Part shown: positions 1 to 6,463 of the stretch, piece after piece
Numbering within the stretch: position 1 is the first letter of the stretch
How the letters are laid out: every line of letters begins with the position of its first letter
From: an uncultured virus (IMG/VR IMGVR_UViG_3300025141_000059)
Lineage: Duplodnaviria > Heunggongvirae > Uroviricota > Caudoviricetes
Virus record (IMG/VR): IMGVR_UViG_3300025141_000059
Direction: 5' to 3' (one strand)
DNA length: 64,000 nt
Position numbers and translations under genes: made by a program
The notes under the pieces: generated by a model
The model's input: the letters and a program-made list of their open reading frames with translations, nothing else
What the model was told of the DNA's origin: nothing
Databases searched by the model: none

Positions 1-271
1 CAACCTCAGCTGATCCATCCTTCGCTATGCAGAGCACACGGACCGTGCCTGCAATGTCGACCTTCCAGGTCACCACTGCATTGGCTGAATCCGCTATCTC
101 CCGTAGATCCGTCCCGTTATCGGCCACGAATATGTAGTTGGTGGGCGTTATGCCCGAAGGTGTGGCCGTCAGAGTGATGACGTCCTTGAAATTCGGTGTA
201 TCATCTGAGGATGACACCGCCACGCCCGACGATATAGCACCTCCCATCCCTATTTTGGACCCGCAGGGCAT
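1..271 (-). CDS. Putative virion structural protein, beta-rich/Ig-like; runs off the left edge of the window
   Basis: Not in the ORF track. ATG at 271-269 overlaps the TAA of the neighbouring gene (TAATG coupling). Reads MPCGSKIGMGGAISSGVAVSSSDDTPNFKDVITLTATPSGITPTNYIFVAD... and is open to position 1. Confidence 0.7.
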   Translation of the reverse strand, partial: MPCGSKIGMGGAISSGVAVSSSDDTPNFKDVITLTATPSGITPTNYIFVADNGTDLREIADSANAVVTWKVDIAGTVRVLCIAKDGSAEV

Positions 272-567
272 TACGTCGCCCTATGATATCCGATCACCGT
301 GGCATCCACTACGATCCTTGTTATCAGAGCTCCTCCAGGTGCCGGGAGATAGGCTCCTGCCACAATGACGTTCCCATTCAACCCCCTTGCTGCGAGTAGG
401 TCAACATTATCCTCCTCCCACATAGTGAAGGTGACATTGGCCGTGGTCTCTATCGCTTCAAGTTCAAGGCCGGCATATCCCCCTGCCGGCAGAATGATGA
501 ATCCTCCATCCCCGGCCACCTTCCTATTGGATCTGGCGGAGACATTAGCTGCTTGGTGTTCATTCAT
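271..567 (-). CDS. Small putative structural protein (98 aa, MNEHQAANV...)
   Basis: 3' part of the 271..801 track ORF. The ATG at 567 lies just downstream of a TAnnTTTG box, and the gene is translationally coupled to the next one. Confidence 0.7.
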   Translation of the reverse strand: MNEHQAANVSARSNRKVAGDGGFIILPAGGYAGLELEAIETTANVTFTMWEEDNVDLLAARGLNGNVIVAGAYLPAPGGALITRIVVDATVIGYHRAT

Positions 568-587
568 GGTTCGAGTATTAGATTCCT

Positions 588-595
588 CAAAAATA
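588..595 (-). promoter_or_regulatory. Bacteroidota-type -7 promoter box (TATTTTTG)
   Basis: CAAAAATA on + matches TAnnTTTG on -, about 20 nt upstream of the ATG at 567. Confidence 0.5.
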
Positions 596-641
596 TACAA
601 AAAAGCATAAGGAGAGGCATTCGACCATTGAAAGTACCATA

Positions 642-938
642 CTGTCCCCTCTCGGATACAGGAACCCCCTAGGCGATCCTGATCCCGCTTCCCCTTTTTC
701 AAGTCGGACTTCGATGCTGACCAGTGCTCTGGGCCAAGGAGGGTCTTCGTCGGGTCAATTCCCGTACACTTACCTCTGTGTTGCATGTTGCAACCCTCCA
801 AGTCAGCTCTTATACCGACTCTTTGTGTCCTGTTGGAGAAAACATCCGCTCTATGTCGTGTTCTGAGCTTCCTAATCCAACGTCTGACCCCTTACTGCCC
901 TCTCGGTCCTGGGGGGTGATCATCTGTCGATGGGACAG
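642..938 (-). ncRNA. Candidate ~300-nt structured non-coding RNA
   Basis: Read on -, the ends pair (CTGTCCC/GGGACAG, ACAG/CTGT, ACCCCC/GGGGGT). Internal stems include GTTGGA/TCCAAC, AGTCGGT/GCTGACT and GGAGGGTT/GACCCTCC. It starts immediately after a TATCTTTG box. Confidence 0.5.
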
Positions 939-940
939 GC

Positions 941-948
941 CAAAGATA
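941..948 (-). promoter_or_regulatory. Bacteroidota-type -7 promoter box (TATCTTTG)
   Basis: CAAAGATA on +, with an A/T-rich upstream tract at 951-990. Confidence 0.55.
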
Positions 949-1087
949 ACTGAAAAAATTCCTGAAAAAAAAATTGGGAAAATTTCTGAATGCGTGGACC
1001 TACTTGTTAATCACCCCGGGTCATAAATGGGTTTTCAAACGCCTCCAGCATTCAAAATCATTTATTAACATAAAACACTTTAACATC

Positions 1088-1312
1088 ATGTTACATTCAG
1101 TAAAAGTTATCCAAAAGAAAGAGTGCTCTAATGGAGCACACTTTATCGGCGTCGCTCTTCGCGTCAAGATCAAAAATGCTCTTGGCGAATCGGAAGCCGA
1201 TGGTAAGGCCTATGGTCTCATCACAGATGATCCCATGACGGCCGAAATTGGGGAAGTTGTCGAACTCAGTCAAGCAGAGCTTGACAAAAATTTCGACCCC
1301 TACCGCGAGTAA
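1088..1312 (+). CDS. Hypothetical early protein (74 aa)
   Basis: ATG follows an A-rich leader (TAAAACACTTTAACATC), and a terminator follows the gene. Confidence 0.75.
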   Translation: MLHSVKVIQKKECSNGAHFIGVALRVKIKNALGESEADGKAYGLITDDPMTAEIGEVVELSQAELDKNFDPYRE

Positions 1313-1335
1313 TTCCTACGGAAGACGAGTAAAAT

Positions 1336-1360
1336 AAGGGGCTTCACCGCCCCTTTTTTT
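1336..1360 (+). terminator. Rho-independent terminator
   Basis: AAGGGGC-ttcacc-GCCCCTT followed by a T tract. Confidence 0.8.
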
Positions 1361-1366
1361 CCTCTC

Positions 1367-1647
1367 CCTTCGGTGTGTGAAAGCACAGTTCAACAGTTGA
1401 TAGCGTTGAACTGATGCATGTACCACTGAAGGCATGGGGAGTTATTGTAAGGACAATTGTTGCCAACAGGAAAATCTACGGAGTTTATACTTCAGGGGGT
1501 TTTCCTGAGACTGCAAGTGATGATTGATCTTGTAGAGTGGGAATGTACGCCCATGAACAATTGTCCTTTTCGATTCCTTCATAAGTAATGGTGTGAGTGT
1601 TCATAGGTGAAACAGGACGCTCACACCATATTTCCCCCTGTTTCACC
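1367..1647 (+). ncRNA. Candidate structured RNA (3-way junction, 4-way junction, pseudoknot)
   Basis: Stems at 1367-1375/1424-1432, 1386-1394/1405-1413, 1449-1461/1556-1568 (13 bp perfect), 1588-1600/1617-1629 and 1606-1616/1637-1647. No credible ORF. Confidence 0.55.
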
Positions 1648-1707
1648 AAAATTACATATCAAGAACTGTTATAAGTAATATAACATAAACCGACTAAAAC
1701 AAAGACA

Positions 1708-1824
1708 ATGAATACTTTAATATTCAAACAAACAGATCATCAACCAGGTTGATGTGAAGATGTATCGGAACCACCTGTAATTGGCCTGATACATCCAAAT
1801 CCTACCATAGCAACAGCATTGTAG
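1708..1824 (+). pseudogene. Short ORF interrupted by an in-frame TGA; paralogous fragment of 2041..2271
   Basis: Reads MNTLIFKQTDHQPG*CEDVSEPPVIGLIHPN... It shares a 25-nt exact repeat in the same frame with the 2041 gene and has the same leader style. Confidence 0.4.
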
Positions 1825-2139
1825 GCCCATCGTAAGGGGAGACCGAGCAAGTCCAGAGCAGGCTGGCAATGACTAGAAAATCCACTCCATTAGTGAGTGG
1901 TGTGATGCCGCGTGAGTGTAGCAACAGCTGTGGTATCATTAATTAAAGTGCTATCAATACTTAAGGGAGTGAAGCTTGGATACGATGATCCTGGAAGGCT
2001 TCACTCCTGTATTGGTATAAACCAACTAAAACAAGAAAACATGAAAAAGAAAGATATAGAGATAGGACCAGAGTGTGAAGAAGACAGAACCTTTCGTGGT
2101 GGTCAATGTCCTGTTGTAATTGGCCTGATACATCCAAAT
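1776..2139 (+). repeat. 25-nt exact direct repeat TGTAATTGGCCTGATACATCCAAAT (1776-1800, 2115-2139)
   Basis: Read directly from the sequence. Confidence 0.9.
1817..2016 (+). ncRNA. Candidate structured RNA / hairpin series
   Basis: Stems at 1817-1822/1866-1871, 1882-1887/1895-1900, 1903-1912/1929-1938, 1953-1960/2009-2016 and 1966-1977/1996-2007. Confidence 0.4.
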
Positions 2140-2271
2140 ATGTGCAACCAATGCTTAGGCTTCGGAGATGAGACAGTATGTACAGCTGATGTCAGTGATG
2201 ACTATGTACCAGGACGTGATGATCCACATGATGATCTGAACACGTACATCACTATTCCGACTGAGAATTGA
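2041..2271 (+). CDS. Small Cys-containing acidic hypothetical protein
   Basis: ATG follows the leader TAAACCAACTAAAACAAGAAAAC; contains CNQC. Confidence 0.65.
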   Translation: MKKKDIEIGPECEEDRTFRGGQCPVVIGLIHPNMCNQCLGFGDETVCTADVSDDYVPGRDDPHDDLNTYITIPTEN

Positions 2272-2307
2272 TATTGTAGTGGTGGCTGTTAATTCAGTCA
2301 CCACTCA

Positions 2308-2361
2308 ACTCGTTTGAGCGAGTATAAATAGGTGTTAGGCTCAAAGCGTCGTAAGGCTCAC
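2308..2361 (+). ncRNA. Pistol self-cleaving ribozyme-like element
   Basis: ACUCG-UUUGAG-CGAGU-AUAAAUAG-GUG-UUAGG-CUCAAA-GCG-UC(GUAA)GG-CU-CAC shows P1, the 6-bp loop pseudoknot, the AUAAA linker, the conserved GCG, P3 and P2 in pistol order. The predicted scissile site is C|U rather than G|U. Confidence 0.8.
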
Positions 2362-2386
2362 ATTAACCGATTAAAAATCAGAACAA

Positions 2387-2623
2387 ATGGAGAGTAAAAC
2401 ATCATTTACAATAGACGAAGAGAACTCTGATCGTCTACTCATCGAGCAGATGAGACATGAAATGGACATGTGTCCAACAGGAGAAGGAATTGAACCAGAA
2501 GCAGTGTATTGTTACGACCTCGGTAGTATGGTAGAGTCCACAAAGCCAGAAGAGATAACATTACCTGAAAGAGCTGCTGGGATGTCAGATTGGGACAGAT
2601 TCCTTCAGATACTTGCATGGTGA
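2387..2623 (+). CDS. Hypothetical acidic protein
   Basis: A-rich leader; lies directly downstream of the pistol element. Confidence 0.7.
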   Translation: MESKTSFTIDEENSDRLLIEQMRHEMDMCPTGEGIEPEAVYCYDLGSMVESTKPEEITLPERAAGMSDWDRFLQILAW

Positions 2624-2703
2624 TGATACTTTAGTCGGTGGCATTCTCCTGCGGGATACGTGATAGTCGTATAATAGGGATTTAACAATTAAACTAAGTG
2701 TGT

Positions 2704-2904
2704 ATGTACGGAACAGAACAGAGACGGAGATATGTGGTAAGGTATCAAATCGCATCTTATTCGGGTGAGGAAGTCGTGTATTGTGATGCAAATGACGATA
2801 GGGAAGTAATAATTGCCAAATGCAAAAGGCAGTTGAGTAGAAATCTTCCCTTGCCTTATGGTAGCGAATCCTTTACTATTATTGAACGTGAAGATGCAGG
2901 ATAG
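2704..2904 (+). CDS. Hypothetical protein
   Basis: ORF on the coding strand with an A-rich leader. Confidence 0.6.
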   Translation: MYGTEQRRRYVVRYQIASYSGEEVVYCDANDDREVIIAKCKRQLSRNLPLPYGSESFTIIEREDAG

Positions 2905-2940
2905 AGAGAGCGTAGAGAGCGAGGAATAAAGGATACTAAT

Positions 2941-3300
2941 CCTAACAAGCATGCAGATGGCGCCCACCGAAGGGTACGCGATCAATACCATGATTCTGTA
3001 GGACTTGTTAGGTGAGAGAACTCTGTAAATAAAGGAGGTTTGGGTAATCCTCGGTATGGAGATTGCTGAATAGACGTTAAACGGCTTGCAGGCAAAGAAG
3101 TACTAAATGATCCATCAGAGTTCTCTCCACTAACTAACGCCTGATGCAACCAACTGAAGAGTTGACAGGTGTGATGATAAGCTTTTGCGTGTCCGACTTA
3201 TTATCATTGGGAAAAAGAGAACCCAAGAAATCTCTTTACAGTAACACGAGTCGTCAACCGGGGAAACGGTCAAGGAAGGGTAATCAAGCCTTCCATTTTT
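2941..3300 (+). ncRNA. Candidate ~360-nt multi-stem structured RNA
   Basis: Stems at 2941-2949/3004-3012, 3014-3025/3116-3127 (12 bp perfect) and 3172-3181/3197-3206. Ends in GGAAGG/CCTTCC plus a T tract. Confidence 0.5.
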
Positions 3301-3337
3301 ATTCTAAACTGACAATTAAAATCATAAACTAAGAACA

Positions 3338-3784
3338 ATGAAAAGGGAAGACATAAAGAACAATGTATCTTATAGAACAGTTGACAGTAATTTCTCTTAC
3401 CCTGATGATCCTGGTACAGGATGGTATAGAGTATGTCAACTTGATGTACGTGATGCTGAAAGAATACTTGCACATCACTTTAAAACAGCAGGAATACGTA
3501 TCAATAACAAATATGTGGTACGTGTGAATGACAATGATGGTCAAGAGATCTTCATATACAACCATGATGGTCGTTATTATCTTGTAAATCAAACTCAGAA
3601 AGCTGTAACGAAAGAAGCTATTGCTCACGCGAACGCGTATGGGGATAAAGAGGAAGAAGAAAGAGAAAGAACAGCGTTCCAGGAAGCAGCTGAGGACTGG
3701 CTCAACTATTGGAAGAAGAAAGAGAAGAAGAAGAAAAAAAAGTTCCTCATTAGCTTCGATCAATTATCCCTTCGAGGTGGATAG
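3338..3784 (+). CDS. Hypothetical protein with a poly-lysine C-terminal tract
   Basis: 148-aa ORF with a leader shared with the 3840 gene. Confidence 0.75.
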   Translation: MKREDIKNNVSYRTVDSNFSYPDDPGTGWYRVCQLDVRDAERILAHHFKTAGIRINNKYVVRVNDNDGQEIFIYNHDGRYYLVNQTQKAVTKEAIAHANAYGDKEEEERERTAFQEAAEDWLNYWKKKEKKKKKKFLISFDQLSLRGG

Positions 3785-4097
3785 TGTGGCTCACGATCCA
3801 AATTTTACTCTAAACTAACAATTAAAATCATAGAGAACAATGAAAAGGAAAGATCGTACAGGTATAATGTTTACAAGGTCACATTCAACATGGAATAAGT
3901 TTGTAGCTATTCTTTCAGATAAAATTTCAAGAAAAGGGTGTGATCATAGTTATGTAGAGACTCGTAAGACACTTTATGTACATATAGAGCCAAAATACGA
4001 TATATCTATAAGTGATACTAAAACTATGGAATATTTTAAGAAATATGGAGGATATTGTGATTGTGAAATTCTTTTTAATGTGGCTCACGATCCAAAT
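3785..4097 (+). repeat. 19-nt exact direct repeat TGTGGCTCACGATCCAAAT (3785-3803, 4079-4097) flanking the 3840 gene
   Basis: Read directly from the sequence. Confidence 0.9.
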
Positions 4098-4103
4098 ATT
4101 TAA
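3840..4103 (+). CDS. DUF2695-like protein
   Basis: C-terminal GGYCDCEILFN motif, recalled as characteristic of DUF2695. More AT-rich than its neighbours. Confidence 0.65.
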   Translation: MKRKDRTGIMFTRSHSTWNKFVAILSDKISRKGCDHSYVETRKTLYVHIEPKYDISISDTKTMEYFKKYGGYCDCEILFNVAHDPNI

Positions 4104-4160
4104 CTAACTTAAGACTGGGAAATAAGATATAATAAGTATTAACAAATAAACATCAATCAA

Positions 4161-4730
4161 ATGGCAAGAGTAGCAGTTAGAAACAAGAGAGCACCGGAAC
4201 TCCTCAGAGTTCTTATGGTAATGAAGGAGTGCCTGGACACAAGGGATGTGGAAACAGGCATAGCACTTTATGAATGTGTGGACAACGGTCTCGTTGACGT
4301 GTCGCCTAAGACCGTGTTCAAGAACAGACATCAGATATTGAGTGTATTGCGTAGAGAGAACTTCATTGTCGAGAACGATAAGGGTAATCTTGTATGGAAC
4401 AAGGAGAAGCAGGACTTCCCCAACATTCATACTGCACGTAAAGTTCTTACAGTCATAGGTACTGATAACCGTGCCCGTGGGAAGCAGAGGTACATAGATA
4501 AGAAGTGGAAAGAACTCACTGAGGTCGATTTTGAAGAGGACAGGGATGGGAGTATGATGCCTGAAAAACAGAAAAGAGAGATTGCTTGTGCAACCGTCTC
4601 ATTCAATGGAGGTCAAATAGCCATGGAGGCTACCATCAGAGAGGGAAATACTCACGTTTTGGATATCAACGGAGTAGCTGTTGGCATCAGAGTGTTCCGT
4701 AAAGAAGAGAAAGTAAAAGTAGGAGAATAA
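4161..4730 (+). CDS. Hypothetical protein (189 aa)
   Basis: Long ORF with an A-rich leader. Confidence 0.8.
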   Translation: MARVAVRNKRAPELLRVLMVMKECLDTRDVETGIALYECVDNGLVDVSPKTVFKNRHQILSVLRRENFIVENDKGNLVWNKEKQDFPNIHTARKVLTVIGTDNRARGKQRYIDKKWKELTEVDFEEDRDGSMMPEKQKREIACATVSFNGGQIAMEATIREGNTHVLDINGVAVGIRVFRKEEKVKVGE

Positions 4731-4748
4731 CCACTGAATTCACACAGA

Positions 4749-5009
4749 ATGGAAATTCTACTACACATACTGATAATAGCAAAATGGGTGTACTGTATCA
4801 CCGTTCCTGCGGGAATGTTGCTTATGATCGTCCTCAAAGATGGCATTGAAGAGCAGCATAGGAACGATGAGATAGGCAGCCAGGGAGGATTGATACTGTG
4901 GTTTGCAATATTCTTCATCCCCATACTGAATACCCTGTTCCTGATGTACGTATTGTATATCCTACTCGGCCCCGAGCCGGAGCAGGAAGAAATAGACCCA
5001 GACACATAG
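4749..5009 (+). CDS. Small membrane protein (2 predicted TM helices)
   Basis: Two hydrophobic stretches and an acidic tail. Confidence 0.7.
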   Translation: MEILLHILIIAKWVYCITVPAGMLLMIVLKDGIEEQHRNDEIGSQGGLILWFAIFFIPILNTLFLMYVLYILLGPEPEQEEIDPDT

Positions 5010-5271
5010 GGAGAGGTAGCACATCATAGGATGTGTGGTTGATATCACACCTCTCCCGACGTGTTATTCTTTAACGCATTGGTTCGATCGGGAAGTTTTG
5101 TGAAGTGTTTTCTTCCAAGGTATGAACGGACCATGGGGACGCGAGTCCCCAGAACATTGGCCACCAAATATCACGACAGTGATGGAAAAGAGTATCTACA
5201 AGCAACTCATTCCACACACATAGGAAGTAGTAATGGCGAATAGGTTGGGAAACCTTAACATCTACAAGAAT
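5009..5271 (+). ncRNA. Candidate structured RNA with three GNRA-capped hairpins
   Basis: Stem 5009-5017/5049-5057; TGGGGAC-GCGA-GTCCCCA (5134-5151); ATCAC-GACA-GTGAT (5170-5183); AGGTT-GGGA-AACCT (5242-5255); stem 5080-5086/5127-5133. Confidence 0.55.
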
Positions 5272-5303
5272 CAATTTTAATCATTTCTAAAATCATAGAA
5301 AAA

Positions 5304-5900
5304 ATGGCAAAGTCAAAAGTGACCGTGCAGTCCGTAAATGCACAGATTGAGAGCCTTCAGAAAGGTGATACCCTTTTAGTACAGGCTATTAAGACCTCTA
5401 ATAAGGACAAAGTTCAGTTGGAGTTCGCAGAGAAAACAGCAAGTGTGAAGGGTAATTCCGGAGCTCTGTTGGGAATTTTGAACAAGAGTGATGATCGTTT
5501 CAACAGTGGAGCTCGTAGGGCTTGGATCACTGCGGAGATATCTGATCTTGCAGAGCAAATGGACCTGAACTGCGATGATGGACAGGATTGGGTGGATCAC
5601 CCGACCATGGCCAAAAAAGAGGTTCTGCCTTTGGGCATCAAGAACCCTGTTCTTGGAGATCTTCGATTGAGAGTTCAGATCGAGGAGACCACAGAGGCTA
5701 CCGAGTTTCAGGCCGATAACATCGACAGCTCTGCAAAGAGGAGAGGTGCGGACGGAGACTTTATCACTCACAACGGTGAGTACATCTTCAGTAATACTGT
5801 TGTTGTACCATTGGCAGCAGGCGATGAGCCTATTCACACTATCCTTAAAGCGGATGCGGTGACTGTTGGAGCCAAAGTGGATGATGAGGTAGGAATGTAA
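5304..5900 (+). CDS. Hypothetical protein, likely highly expressed
   Basis: 198 aa, A-rich leader and its own terminator. Confidence 0.85.
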   Translation: MAKSKVTVQSVNAQIESLQKGDTLLVQAIKTSNKDKVQLEFAEKTASVKGNSGALLGILNKSDDRFNSGARRAWITAEISDLAEQMDLNCDDGQDWVDHPTMAKKEVLPLGIKNPVLGDLRLRVQIEETTEATEFQADNIDSSAKRRGADGDFITHNGEYIFSNTVVVPLAAGDEPIHTILKADAVTVGAKVDDEVGM

Positions 5901-5921
5901 TCCGAACTCAATTTACCAATC

Positions 5922-5955
5922 AAGGGAGGGGTCAGTTGATCGACCTCTCCCTTTA
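5922..5955 (+). terminator. Rho-independent terminator
   Basis: AAGGGAGGGGTC / GACCTCTCCCTT stem with a short T tail. Confidence 0.7.
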
Positions 5956-5972
5956 TAAAGTTTACCCTGCCA

Positions 5973-6116
5973 ATGAACTACGAATTGAGCAAGTACGGAA
6001 ACGAATGGTCGATCTATTGCAAAACAAGCAGATGTCATGTCCTATTCGGTAAGAAGAAGGAATTGAAGAAACGACTAAAGGAATTGAATAGACAACTAAT
6101 AATCATTGACAGATGA
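5973..6116 (+). CDS. Small basic hypothetical protein (47 aa)
   Basis: Not in the track. Reads MNYELSKYGNEWSIYCKTSRCHVLFGKKKE..., with an ATGA overlap with the next gene. Confidence 0.55.
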   Translation: MNYELSKYGNEWSIYCKTSRCHVLFGKKKELKKRLKELNRQLIIIDR

Positions 6117-6463
6117 AAGTAGAGCACGGAAATGTCCACAATATCACAAACCTGAACCGCATCAGGAACGGTATTCCCCATGTGTTAGACAGTAATGAAC
6201 TGATCGCGATCTGCAATATAGGTCGGTTGGAGTTCTGTGAAGAAGGAGTGACGGTGTACTGGATGAGCGAAGAAGAAGTGGGGACGATGAACAGAATTCA
6301 CGTTCAACACGACAGGATAAAAGACAGGTTGAACAAGCTGAAGGGACTGCTTGACCAAAAGTTCCAATCACAATTACATGAGTTAAAACAATTGAAAGAC
6401 CAAGACAATGATCGACGAAATGACGGAATCACAGCAAAAAATGGTAATGGTCAAGTTTGCTGA
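6113..6463 (+). CDS. Hypothetical protein
   Basis: Coupled ORF in the + operon. Confidence 0.65.
   Translation: MKVEHGNVHNITNLNRIRNGIPHVLDSNELIAICNIGRLEFCEEGVTVYWMSEEEVGTMNRIHVQHDRIKDRLNKLKGLLDQKFQSQLHELKQLKDQDNDRRNDGITAKNGNGQVC

Noticed and set aside
760..880. Faint RNase P RNA-like words on the minus strand (AGGAAGCUC, UGCAACACAGAG)
   Set aside because: No GAGGAAAGUCC / ACAGAA.CCGGCUUA P4 pairing is present.
1372..1424. Possible type II hammerhead ribozyme (GAAA ... CUGAUG)
   Set aside because: The core reads CUGAUGC rather than CUGANGA, and stems I and III do not abut the core correctly.
3068..3090. AGACGUUAAA resembles the 3' conserved part of hatchet ribozymes
   Set aside because: The flanking hatchet stems and upstream conserved residues could not be found.
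3246..3255. ACGA-GU-CGUC as a distant substrate strand for the pistol element
   Set aside because: It is a short, wobble-rich match about 900 nt away and plausible by chance.
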